Source: a virus (taxonomy: Duplodnaviria > Caudoviricetes). Taken from it: a DNA stretch of 24,262 bases. Each line of letters opens with the position of its first letter. Positions within the stretch are counted from its first letter, which is position 1. The stretch is taken from positions 1 to 24,262 of the IMG/VR virus record IMGVR_UViG_3300024988_000206, one strand, 5' to 3'. Positions 6,376-15,003 of this stretch are shown here, piece after piece. The position numbers and the translations under genes were made by a program. The notes under the pieces were generated by a model. It was not told the DNA's origin, did no database searches, and saw nothing but the letters and a program-made list of their open reading frames with translations.

Positions 6376-8546
6376 TCATTAGACCTCTTTTGTTCTGAAG
6401 TTGAACCTGCACGACCACTTTGTTGACTCAACTTCTCAGCCATATTTAAAATGTTCGTTAATTTTTCTGACCCAACAGGAAGTTCTTTTGAGGCAAGAAG
6501 AAGCCTTTGCCCTGCTTTGGTGGTGAATAAAACATTTGCGATTCCAATTGCTGTTGCTGTTTTAGCGGCAAGGGCTGCATTAGCTAAAGTTCCTCCAATC
6601 ATTAACAAAGGCGCAACTCTGTTTCCTGTAGGTGGGTTTTCAGCGTATTGCCCAGCTCTTTCAACATGCCTCATCAACTTCAAAAATGAGTCCATTTGAG
6701 TCTTATCAGAACCTGAAAAAATATTTTCATATGGCTTACTAATCCGTTCAAACTCAAGGGCAAATTTTGCAGGGCTAAACACTCCTTTTGACTCATTTGA
6801 AGCCTTTTCTATAGCCTTATTAATCATCTCAAAGCGTAGTGCAGCTTGACCTTTAGGGTCCAAATTTCGATAAAAGTTTTTGGCCTTATCTCCTTGTCCA
6901 ACCTTGATGAACGTATTGTAGATTTGGTCTGGTGTTTGACTTCTCATAGAGTTAGCTAATGCCTTGTCTCTCCCTGTTTGCCAATTACGATAAAATCCAT
7001 TGGCATTTTTAAAGGCATTGATAAGTTCTGGCTTCCCACTTGATAGAGCAAAGTCACTCATGTCTTGATCTATTGAATTGCGAATAGCTGTTAAACCTGC
7101 GGTGCTTTCACCCTCTCTACCCCATTGATCAACAAGCTCTCCCAATCTCGATCTTGCATTTCTTAGTTCAGAGAAATTCACATTAATTGTTGGATCGGAA
7201 AGCTTCTCGCGAATTGATGTAAGTTCATTCAAAAGCCTGTCATTTGGTACAACCTTAGAGTCACCAGCAATAACATTGTCAATTGCTTGAACTGTGTTTG
7301 AAGTTGGTACTCTTAAATTTCCTGCTAGAGCTTCAACCCTGTTATACATTTGAGAAGCAATGTTTGAAGCTCTCCAACTTTTTACTTCCGCAGCTGCTTG
7401 CAATACCTTTCCAGTATCATCAGCATTATTGATAATTCCAACAATCCGCTGAGCGTTTTTATCACCTGATGCAGCAGCATTTTGAATATTGTTCAGACTT
7501 TTAAATTCGGTTGAAGAAAGATTCTGCTTAAATTTACTTAGCAATCTTTCTGCAGCTGACTTAATCTCAGTATGCTGTGCATTTCTAAATCCCGAAGTTC
7601 CTAAGATTGGTATTTTTTCCATCTCAACTTCTGCTCGTTGAATATGGGGATTTCTTCCAACATCACCAACAGAAGTCCGAATACCAAATTCATCACCAGC
7701 ATTCATGATTTCTTGTGCAGGCTTTTGTATGTTGTTTTTAATAACATTAATGCCTTTCACAATACCAGATGCCAATACCTTCCCTAGCGTGCCGCCTATT
7801 GCTCCACCAGCTGCACCAAAGGCAGTATTATCTACACGCTGCTCTGAATCATTAGCAAAGCTAGCAGCAGAGATGCCAGCACCTGATAAAGCGCTTCGAC
7901 CTGCTGCTGATAGAATGGTTGGCCCAATACTTCCTGCTGCTAATGGCGCAGTTGCACCTAATTCACCAAGAAAACGATAAGCATCTAATCCTTGATCATT
8001 TGCTTCTCTTCGCAAGTTATACCAATCATTTACTTCTTGACGATCTTTAGTAACTCGATCATAAGAATTGGTATCTAGATCAGTTCCTAGCACATTGTTT
8101 ATTCCACCACTTAGAGTATCCGCGGCATATGATGCACCTTGGGCTATTCCTGAACCTAGGTTAGAAAAACCAAGCAAAGTAGATTCCCATGGTTGCACAG
8201 GTCCTGCTTCTCTGGCTTGGTTGAGCATTTCCTCTTTTTTAATCTGTTCAACATCTGGTGGAACATATTTCTCGCCAGATGCAGTAATTCGGATAGGTGG
8301 GTTTACTACATTTACATTCCCATTCTCAATCCACAATTTTTGGTCATTTGGGTCACCTTGAGCCTGAATATTCAAACCAAAATCGCTTGCAATATCTTGA
8401 TCGGTTAGTCCAGCCGCATACGCATTTTTGAAACTATCAGAATAGCGATTGCTTTCTTTCATTCCTTGGAGGATTTCTGAATCTGATAGCCCTGCTTTTC
8501 TTGCTGCATCAATACGGCTTTGTGTATTAGCACCTTGTTCAGCCAT
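6372..8546 (-). CDS. DNA ejection (injection) protein, P22 gp16-like
   Basis: 724 aa, helical, with Gly/Ala-rich hydrophobic patches and an N-terminal ARKAGLSDSEI / AYAAGLTDQDI repeat. Lies just before the receptor-binding genes. Confidence 0.7.
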   Translation of the reverse strand: MAEQGANTQSRIDAARKAGLSDSEILQGMKESNRYSDSFKNAYAAGLTDQDIASDFGLNIQAQGDPNDQKLWIENGNVNVVNPPIRITASGEKYVPPDVEQIKKEEMLNQAREAGPVQPWESTLLGFSNLGSGIAQGASYAADTLSGGINNVLGTDLDTNSYDRVTKDRQEVNDWYNLRREANDQGLDAYRFLGELGATAPLAAGSIGPTILSAAGRSALSGAGISAASFANDSEQRVDNTAFGAAGGAIGGTLGKVLASGIVKGINVIKNNIQKPAQEIMNAGDEFGIRTSVGDVGRNPHIQRAEVEMEKIPILGTSGFRNAQHTEIKSAAERLLSKFKQNLSSTEFKSLNNIQNAAASGDKNAQRIVGIINNADDTGKVLQAAAEVKSWRASNIASQMYNRVEALAGNLRVPTSNTVQAIDNVIAGDSKVVPNDRLLNELTSIREKLSDPTINVNFSELRNARSRLGELVDQWGREGESTAGLTAIRNSIDQDMSDFALSSGKPELINAFKNANGFYRNWQTGRDKALANSMRSQTPDQIYNTFIKVGQGDKAKNFYRNLDPKGQAALRFEMINKAIEKASNESKGVFSPAKFALEFERISKPYENIFSGSDKTQMDSFLKLMRHVERAGQYAENPPTGNRVAPLLMIGGTLANAALAAKTATAIGIANVLFTTKAGQRLLLASKELPVGSEKLTNILNMAEKLSQQSGRAGSTSEQKRSNE

Positions 8547-8557
8547 TTCTATTACCT

Positions 8558-9181
8558 TTAAGTCATCATGTTTGCTGGAACAAGCTCAGGTTCGTAAACT
8601 TGTTGTTGAGTAGTTTGTGGTGTTTGCAACATGGATTTAGGAACAACTTCGGGTTCATAACTGTTTTTTGCGGTAATCATATTTTTTGGCACCATTTCAG
8701 GCTCATATGGAGTGACCTGATTATTATTACCAAGTTGTTTATTAATGAAATCCCATGAACGCTTTCCTTGGGCATAAGTGGATGTAGGCAAGGAAGCCCA
8801 TTCACGGCCTAACTTGCCAATCGCCCCCTTAAAGTTGCCATTCAGCACATCATTTAATGCACCTCTTCCTGCTATTAAAGCAACTGCACCAAGGTCTTGA
8901 TTTTTAGGTGAAAAATCTTCAAACCCGTAAGTTTTAGCAAGGTTATTCCATGTTTTATTTATGAACTGATAACGACCTGCTGCCGTGGTGTAGTTTTCCT
9001 GACCATCAGTCTGTGTAAACTTCTTTCTTAGGTTAGGGTGTGCTTTTAAGTTTGCTAACCGCGAATTACCAAAGATGGTGTTATAGCCATGCTTAACACC
9101 TTCTGCACTAGCAATTACATCAAGCATTTTTCGCACATTAGGATTTTGAAGGGCATTTTCTAAGTCTTGTCGTGAAGCCAT
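8558..9181 (-). CDS. Lambda R-like lytic transglycosylase (GH104), probably virion-associated
   Basis: LDVIASAEG, TTAAGRYQFI..TW, DFSPKNQD and EWASLP motifs. Located in the ejection module. The C-terminal tail has three YEPE(M/V/L)VP repeats. Confidence 0.88.
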   Translation of the reverse strand: MASRQDLENALQNPNVRKMLDVIASAEGVKHGYNTIFGNSRLANLKAHPNLRKKFTQTDGQENYTTAAGRYQFINKTWNNLAKTYGFEDFSPKNQDLGAVALIAGRGALNDVLNGNFKGAIGKLGREWASLPTSTYAQGKRSWDFINKQLGNNNQVTPYEPEMVPKNMITAKNSYEPEVVPKSMLQTPQTTQQQVYEPELVPANMMT

Positions 9182-9199
9182 ATCTTTTCCTTAGGTAAT

Positions 9200-9220
9200 A
9201 AAAAACCGCCCGAAGGCGGT
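9200..9220 (-). terminator. Intrinsic terminator after rha
   Basis: ACCGCC-TTCG-GGCGGT-TTTTT with a C(UUCG)G tetraloop. Confidence 0.85.
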
Positions 9221-9231
9221 ATTGATTCAGT

Positions 9232-9744
9232 TTACTCAAATAAACATGGCTGCATAAGACTTTCAACTTCAGAAATAGCAGTCATTAGTAAGTCACGTTT
9301 CTTGCGATAGCTCCCAAGGATACTTCCAGCTAGGCTTGCATCAGCTTTCTCTAGATCAAGTTGCAAAGTTAATTTGTTATGGATGTTGTTATAACTCTGG
9401 TCTTGAGATCGAATAAATTCACGAGTTTCAAAAAATGCTTTTACAAGTGCTTTCTTAAACTCAATTACCCTTGGACTATTTCGCATTAAGGTCATTAGGA
9501 AAGTTGCTTGTTGTTCATTTAACGGAACAAATTTGGCTTCCCCACCACCATGCTGACCCTCTAATCTTGGTTGGATTTTAAATCTGACCAAGCCAAACTC
9601 TTGAAAGTCTGGCATGTAAGTTCTAACTAGTTTAATGATAGTGGCATGCTGAATACCCAGACCTAATGCTATTTGCATCGTGCTTGTCATTGGCTGACCA
9701 TTCTCAACATTTACAATTGCAATTGGTTTTAACATAGCATTCAT
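9232..9744 (-). CDS. Rha-family phage regulatory protein
   Basis: TSTMQIA..LG.QH..I.KL.R and LNEQQATFLMTL.RNS..V.EFKKALVKAF. SD AAGGAG. Confidence 0.88.
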   Translation of the reverse strand: MNAMLKPIAIVNVENGQPMTSTMQIALGLGIQHATIIKLVRTYMPDFQEFGLVRFKIQPRLEGQHGGGEAKFVPLNEQQATFLMTLMRNSPRVIEFKKALVKAFFETREFIRSQDQSYNNIHNKLTLQLDLEKADASLAGSILGSYRKKRDLLMTAISEVESLMQPCLFE

Positions 9745-9805
9745 AGATTTACTCCTTGGAGTTGTGTTGGCCTGAATGCAGAATGCAAATAAAACACTCA
9801 GGCAT

Positions 9806-9832
9806 AAAAAAACCTGCCGCTAGGGACAGGTT
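9806..9832 (-). terminator. Intrinsic terminator in the rha leader
   Basis: ACCTGTC-CCTAGC-GGCAGGT (one G.U pair) followed by a T-run. Confidence 0.7.
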
Positions 9833-9874
9833 CGTTTGAAAGATATGTGGTTAGGTTGTGTGAATTACAGGTAT

Positions 9875-9898
9875 AAAAAAAGCACCCGAAGGTGCTTT
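9875..9898 (-). terminator. Intrinsic terminator after the two small membrane-protein genes
   Basis: AAAGCACC-TTCG-GGTGCTTT-TTTT with a UUCG tetraloop. Confidence 0.85.
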
Positions 9899-10157
9899 AA
9901 TCTAAGTCATCAAAATTACTGTTTTGATAAGGATTTTCTAGTTCATGTATGCGTTGACTTAAAGTATTTATTTTGCGCTTATAATATTCAATATCTTCTT
10001 CATTTTGCCTTGTTGAGGCTTCTAATTCTTCCACTCGCTTTTCAAGATAGTCACAACGCAAAGAAAAATTAAAAAAGTTTTCATTCATTTTCTTGTCATT
10101 TTGATGAGCAAGCCACCACATGATGCAACCAGCAACTATAAATACAAATAAACTCAT
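9897..10157 (-). CDS. Small N-terminally membrane-anchored coiled-coil protein (moron)
   Basis: MSLFVFIVAGCIMWWLA hydrophobic segment followed by a heptad-rich tail. SD AGGA, AT-rich. Confidence 0.7.
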   Translation of the reverse strand: MSLFVFIVAGCIMWWLAHQNDKKMNENFFNFSLRCDYLEKRVEELEASTRQNEEDIEYYKRKINTLSQRIHELENPYQNSNFDDLD

Positions 10158-10173
10158 TGTAATTTCCTGATAT

Positions 10174-10362
10174 TCAATCGTTTAATTTGTTATTCAATCT
10201 ATAAACATCATTCTTTAACTTAATTACCTCATCTTCTAATTTCTTTATTTGTTTATATCTGGCTTCATTTGTTTGATTTAATAGTGAAAAAATATCCTTA
10301 ACCATTAAAGCAATATAAATTACGGCAACAAAAACTAAGCCAGTTAATAGGTATAAGCTCAT
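10174..10362 (-). CDS. Small N-terminally membrane-anchored coiled-coil protein (moron)
   Basis: MSLYLLTGLVFVAVIYIALMV TM segment, then IKKLEDEVIKLKNDVYRL heptads. SD GAGGGGG favours a start at 10362. Confidence 0.7.
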   Translation of the reverse strand: MSLYLLTGLVFVAVIYIALMVKDIFSLLNQTNEARYKQIKKLEDEVIKLKNDVYRLNNKLND

Positions 10363-10367
10363 AAATT

Positions 10368-10391
10368 TCCCCCTCATTGTTATGAGGGGAA
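10368..10391 (-). promoter_or_regulatory. RBS-sequestering hairpin upstream of the moron genes
   Basis: UUCCCCUCAU-AACA-AUGAGGGGGA forms a 10-bp stem (one G.U) that covers the Shine-Dalgarno sequence. Confidence 0.55.
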
Positions 10392-10404
10392 TATATCATA
10401 CAAA

Positions 10405-11781
10405 CTAATCGAAGAAACTACGCGCAACAGGCTTTGGAGCTTGCTGTTGTTGTGGTGCAGTCGCATTGTTGTATTCAGATGATGTGTAACTACCACCTCG
10501 AATAGCATCTGCTTTCTTTTGGTTTGTATTTAATCGCTTTGTGGCAGCTTGTAATGCACGTGTGTAAATAGCTTCTCGCTGTTTAGCAGGTAGATTAACT
10601 GAGCCTTGAATATCAAGTAGAATCTTGCGTTCACCTTCGGTTGGAGCTGCACCAAAGGTTGACTTAAGTGCATCAAGGGCATTACTGGTCATGATGTTAT
10701 TCAACATTGCAGTGTTTTTTGACCGCTCCTTATCAAGACCTAAATTACCTGCTAATGATGCTCTTGTATCCGCATTTACACCATCATATGAAATCGGACT
10801 GAGGCGTAAAGCTTCTTTCAAATTAGAAATTACAGATTGTGAACTAGCAATTGCATCATCAGTCTCGAAAAGTTCTTTCTGCATTGTTGCAGTCATAGGC
10901 TTTTCGGACTTAATGTCAGTTATGTAATTACCTTGAGCGTCTTTCACATAACGCGCATCGCCATTTGGCATAACGGCATACTTACGTCCTTCTTTATCAA
11001 CCCCAAAGTTAACAGGTTTATTTTTTTCAAAAAATAGCTGTTGCTGCTTGTATTCATCATCAGCCTTTCGAGAACTGATTTGAGAATTTACATTTTTAAG
11101 ATCAGACTCAATTTGTTGAGGCTTGTACTGGTTCTCAATATTCTGACCTTGGGCTTCAGCATTAAGTTTGCCTGTTTCCGCTTGGGTTTTAGCAATCTGT
11201 GAAGGTAGTGCTGTTGAACTATTTAATCCTTCCGTGATGCTTTTGAATTGATCAGGGGCCACCGATGACATCATGAAACCAAGCGATGCTTTTGCTGCTT
11301 CAGGATTTTTATCAATCATGTTTGAAATATTGCGAAGATTGAAAGCTTCTTTCTTCATACCTGAGTTTTCATATCCCTTGATTTGTTCATCAAGAATGCT
11401 CTTCGCTACATCTGGCGCGTTGTTCCCAAGTGCTGCATAAACTTGAGAGGTAGTACTCAAGGTCTGCTTTTGACGCCCATCATCCATAACTGACCAAGCC
11501 TTTTGATAAGGCTCAGCTAAGTCAGGGTACTTACTCATTATTTTTGCATAATCATCAGCAGTTTTATTAGGAATAAGAGAGAATTTATAAATATCCTCCT
11601 TTTGAACCTGCTGCTGGGCTAACTTCATTTTAAGTGCAGATTGCTCAATCTCATTTTTTTGTCTTTCAAGTTGCGCATTTTCAGCGGCTGCAGACCAATT
11701 AAAGCCATTAGCAACTCCTTGAGAAACAACTTCAGAAGGATTCGTCCACCCAATTTGAAGGTAAGCTGGATCAATAGCCAT
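10405..11781 (-). CDS. DNA ejection protein, P22 gp20-like
   Basis: 458 aa, Q/A/K-rich helical protein directly after the gp7-like gene. Confidence 0.7.
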   Translation of the reverse strand: MAIDPAYLQIGWTNPSEVVSQGVANGFNWSAAAENAQLERQKNEIEQSALKMKLAQQQVQKEDIYKFSLIPNKTADDYAKIMSKYPDLAEPYQKAWSVMDDGRQKQTLSTTSQVYAALGNNAPDVAKSILDEQIKGYENSGMKKEAFNLRNISNMIDKNPEAAKASLGFMMSSVAPDQFKSITEGLNSSTALPSQIAKTQAETGKLNAEAQGQNIENQYKPQQIESDLKNVNSQISSRKADDEYKQQQLFFEKNKPVNFGVDKEGRKYAVMPNGDARYVKDAQGNYITDIKSEKPMTATMQKELFETDDAIASSQSVISNLKEALRLSPISYDGVNADTRASLAGNLGLDKERSKNTAMLNNIMTSNALDALKSTFGAAPTEGERKILLDIQGSVNLPAKQREAIYTRALQAATKRLNTNQKKADAIRGGSYTSSEYNNATAPQQQQAPKPVARSFFD

Positions 11782-12429
11782 TTAAAACCCTCCCTTCTGT
11801 AGGTAAGCACCTGCTAGATTGCCTACAGAACCTGCTATGTTATTCCACATTTGCGCATTTGCTTGGCCTTGCATCATGGCATTGCCTGCCTGTGCATTCC
11901 CCATCTGCTGCATGATATTCCCAATATTATTGGCTGATTGCATACCAGCATTACCAACACCTGCCGCAGCATTCTGACCCAATGCAGTTAAGCCACCTAG
12001 GTTTGCATAACGTTGGTTAATCATTTGATTTAACAATTGTGGTGAGAATTGAGCTAAAGCTGCTTGAGTATTACCACCACGCAATCCACCTGTAGCAGCA
12101 GCATTTTGGCGTAGTGAATTTTCACCTAAATCAAGATAAGTTTGAAACTCAGAGCTATTGCGGATGCCATTAATAGCATCTTGCTGTGCTTGCATTCCAT
12201 TCAGACCAAGTAAGTCTTGTTGTCCGCCTAATGCAGATGTCCCTGCATTCACAAATGGATTTTGCAATTCACGCATTGCGTCGAACTGACGACGCTGTTC
12301 TTCTGCTGCAATTTCAGCAGCGCGGACTTGTGCATTAGATGCTTGCCCTGCTGCTTTCTTCTGAGCATTGTTTGACACAACACTACCAACAACGGTTGCG
12401 CCAACTGCGGCTACGGCTCCCCATGACAT
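11782..12429 (-). CDS. DNA ejection protein, P22 gp7-like
   Basis: Hydrophobic N-terminus, Q/N/G/A-rich, with the NAAATGGLRGGNTQAAL motif characteristic of gp7-like proteins. Confidence 0.82.
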   Translation of the reverse strand: MSWGAVAAVGATVVGSVVSNNAQKKAAGQASNAQVRAAEIAAEEQRRQFDAMRELQNPFVNAGTSALGGQQDLLGLNGMQAQQDAINGIRNSSEFQTYLDLGENSLRQNAAATGGLRGGNTQAALAQFSPQLLNQMINQRYANLGGLTALGQNAAAGVGNAGMQSANNIGNIMQQMGNAQAGNAMMQGQANAQMWNNIAGSVGNLAGAYLQKGGF

Positions 12430-12902
12430 AAGGCTTTCTCCTTCATTGGCAATGTTTTTAGAAACTCTTGGATTTCACTTTCAGGAACAATTACTTGTGC
12501 TTCGATTTCATCTAAATCAGTCAAATCAGTTGGGTGTACTGTTACCCAAGAACTCTCTTCATGAAAGTAGCCAATGCGCTTGGTGCCTGCACCAGACTTT
12601 AAAATTAATGGAGCTTTGAGATACTCAATTCCATGTTCTGTTATTACTGAAAGGCTGCCCTTCAATAAAATATTCATATGCTCTGTACGATGCATCTTGC
12701 TGACAACTATTGCACCAGCAGGAGCATCCATTTGACGCATGTACACATTAGGGGCAAAGTGATGAAAAATAGGCAGGTTGATTTGAGGTAATTCACCCAC
12801 CTGTTTCTGAACAGCTTCTGCACACTCAACATATTTGAGCATCTGCTCATCACTAAGTAGTTTGGTTAGTAGCTCAGTATTATCAGGCGTGATGATTTCC
12901 AT
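12411..12902 (-). CDS. Cupin-like phage protein in the P22 gp14 position
   Basis: HHFAPNVYMR..PAGAIVVSKMHRTEH..ILLKG and S.AGTKRIGY.HE...WVTVH beta-barrel pattern. Confidence 0.65.
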   Translation of the reverse strand: MEIITPDNTELLTKLLSDEQMLKYVECAEAVQKQVGELPQINLPIFHHFAPNVYMRQMDAPAGAIVVSKMHRTEHMNILLKGSLSVITEHGIEYLKAPLILKSGAGTKRIGYFHEESSWVTVHPTDLTDLDEIEAQVIVPESEIQEFLKTLPMKEKALCHGEP

Positions 12903-13234
12903 TAAGTAATCTCCCGACCCGATGCACGAATCGTTAATGCCCCGGCTGTATCAGACAAAGTACTAATAAAGCTTTTAGATTCCAAAGAGTGACCTACTAA
13001 CTCAGGGCAAACATAGGTTTCTCCTGCACTAATTGATTTCTCTTTAATAATAAGATTTGAGCTCGCAGCAGTACCACCAACCAAAACTAAATTGCAGCTA
13101 AATTTTGCTACAGCAGCAGATGTATTCGTTACTGTGAACTTATCAATTGTTGTATTTGCTTCAGCTGTAAATTGTGTTGTTTGGGAATTTTCAGCAACTT
13201 TTGAAGGGATGATATTTAATACTTTTACGCCCAT
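12902..13234 (-). CDS. Small beta-rich virion protein (tail needle region)
   Basis: 110 aa, beta-strand rich, tightly packed with its neighbours. Confidence 0.6.
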   Translation of the reverse strand: MGVKVLNIIPSKVAENSQTTQFTAEANTTIDKFTVTNTSAAVAKFSCNLVLVGGTAASSNLIIKEKSISAGETYVCPELVGHSLESKSFISTLSDTAGALTIRASGREIT

Positions 13235-13235
13235 C

Positions 13236-13604
13236 TTAATAGACCTCTAAATTTAGATTCATCGGCTCTGTAAGCTGATAGGAAGGAATGAAAATGTCTT
13301 GCTGTACGACTTCTGTTCTTGGGCTTAAGTCTTCGAATTGTTGAGCAGTGCAAACGTGTTTTGGTTCAGTTGCTATGATTTCTGCAAGCTGTTTGACCGC
13401 ATCAATAATCGATAATGCCAAGAATGCTTGAGCAGTTGCTGTATCGGCGGTAATCTGTGCTGCTTCAATTGCTTCGTCAGTAGGATCATTGTTGATAGGA
13501 AGGATTCTGAATAAATTCTCAAACGCCTTCACCAAGCGCTGATTGCCGCCACACATACGCTCTAAATCGCTGCGTAAGACTTTGAATTGATCTGTGGTAG
13601 CCAT
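13236..13604 (-). CDS. Putative tail needle/plug protein (gp26 position)
   Basis: Directly follows the gp10-like gene and has an Ala-rich helical segment. The assignment is mainly positional. Confidence 0.5.
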   Translation of the reverse strand: MATTDQFKVLRSDLERMCGGNQRLVKAFENLFRILPINNDPTDEAIEAAQITADTATAQAFLALSIIDAVKQLAEIIATEPKHVCTAQQFEDLSPRTEVVQQDIFIPSYQLTEPMNLNLEVY

Positions 13605-15001
13605 TACACCCCCAACGGCTCTATATAAGCTTCTATGCGCGCTACAGTGAGCCTGCTATCTGATGTGCCTGAGAACTTCTGAATGCGCCAATTGTTCATA
13701 TAGCCCTGTTGAAACCAGACAAGTCGCTTATTCTGCTCGCCAACTTTTCCAGATCTGATTTGTTTTGGATTAGACCAGTTCACGCCATCAGATGACCATG
13801 ATGTAGAAATGATTGGATCTTTATTCAAAGCAACTCGACCAGTTAGACAAGCCAACTCGATTTGATGGAAGATTGCGCCACGCGATTCGTTATAGAGAAT
13901 CGTTGTGCCAAACTCCCAGGAAACTTCTTCGCCCCAGTGCTCACCAATTTCATTTGTGAGAACCCCAAGTTTTGCAAGTACGGGGTGCCCAGCAATCCAC
14001 TTTCCATAGCACCACACGAAGTTTTGAGCCAAATATTGGCTTTGGACAAGGCCTGAACTTAAAGTGAACCAGACAGGCTGCTGTGTGGCTTCTGATGCGG
14101 CTGAGTCATAAACAAGAGTTTGGTCAGGCAAATGCAGATATAACCAGTTATGACCATCCACCAAGCGAGATTCCATCAAGCACTGAGATAATATTTCTTC
14201 ACTGTATTGGTGAATGATTTGTTCAATTTCACGAGTAGATATTTTATTGGTTGAGCCATTGGCAGATAACCAGAGTGCAACTGGCTCATTCTTGCCACCA
14301 CCCATGAATGCAACTGCATCCATGTATTTGCAGCAAGTCTTGGTACCTAATGTGCCGCGCGTTCCCATCGCCCCATCAATTCGAGCAAATGGGAAGTTAT
14401 CACCGCCAACGTTATCAAAGATCTCGATTGTGTACCGGTTAAGTGCATAGACTTCATTACGGACCTTGATCAATGCATTAATTGGATCAGGGTCAACTTC
14501 AGATGAGCCGTATTTCAAAGGGTTTACTTGAAATGGATCATTCAATTCGGTGATGACAAGAAACTCACCATCTGTCGTCATGAAATAACCATCTACCCAA
14601 AGCACATCCACCACTACACCAAGATCGTTATCAGTGATCTGTTTTAACTCAGTGCCATTGTAGAGATATAGATGAGGGTGTGAATTGATAGCCAAATAAT
14701 CAAAGGAGTAATCGAAATTACAAGGGCCATAACCCATTACATCAGCAATCTCTGTCACAACTCCACTGGCATCAACTTTAATAAACTTGTTGCCGCAAAC
14801 TCGATAGCAGACACCATTCCATTCAATACCACCGCGATCAACTGCAGGAACATTAGCAAATTGATCTATACCTTCAGCGGGTCGAAGATAACCTTGCGAA
14901 ATCCCCTGTTCTTTAGGCACTGGAATCATGTTTCGTGGGTATGAAGTGCGAAAATCTGAGTTCTGATCAGTGTAAATGCCATTTAAGATAGGGATTTGCA
15001 T
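13604..15001 (-). CDS. Tail hub / packaged DNA stabilization protein, P22 gp10-like
   Basis: About 465 aa with MQIPILNG, PRNMIPVPK..GYLR, DGYF, SEVDPDPI and TIEIF motifs. The ATG at 15001 lies just after the upstream stop. Confidence 0.88.
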   Translation of the reverse strand: MQIPILNGIYTDQNSDFRTSYPRNMIPVPKEQGISQGYLRPAEGIDQFANVPAVDRGGIEWNGVCYRVCGNKFIKVDASGVVTEIADVMGYGPCNFDYSFDYLAINSHPHLYLYNGTELKQITDNDLGVVVDVLWVDGYFMTTDGEFLVITELNDPFQVNPLKYGSSEVDPDPINALIKVRNEVYALNRYTIEIFDNVGGDNFPFARIDGAMGTRGTLGTKTCCKYMDAVAFMGGGKNEPVALWLSANGSTNKISTREIEQIIHQYSEEILSQCLMESRLVDGHNWLYLHLPDQTLVYDSAASEATQQPVWFTLSSGLVQSQYLAQNFVWCYGKWIAGHPVLAKLGVLTNEIGEHWGEEVSWEFGTTILYNESRGAIFHQIELACLTGRVALNKDPIISTSWSSDGVNWSNPKQIRSGKVGEQNKRLVWFQQGYMNNWRIQKFSGTSDSRLTVARIEAYIEPLGV

Positions 15002-15003
15002 GT

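Noticed and set aside
9836-10072. 78-aa plus-strand ORF opposite the moron
   Set aside because: It runs across a terminator and antisense to a better-supported ORF that has an SD and a TM helix.
10125-10157. VAGC lipobox-like motif in the 86-aa moron protein
   Set aside because: Cys at position 11 with no basic n-region is too short for a type II signal peptide, so a plain TM anchor is more likely.
13225-13245. Possible frameshift or readthrough fusing the 122-aa and 110-aa ORFs into one needle protein
   Set aside because: No slippery heptamer is seen. The downstream ORF has its own ATG with GAGG upstream, so translational coupling explains the 1-nt gap.
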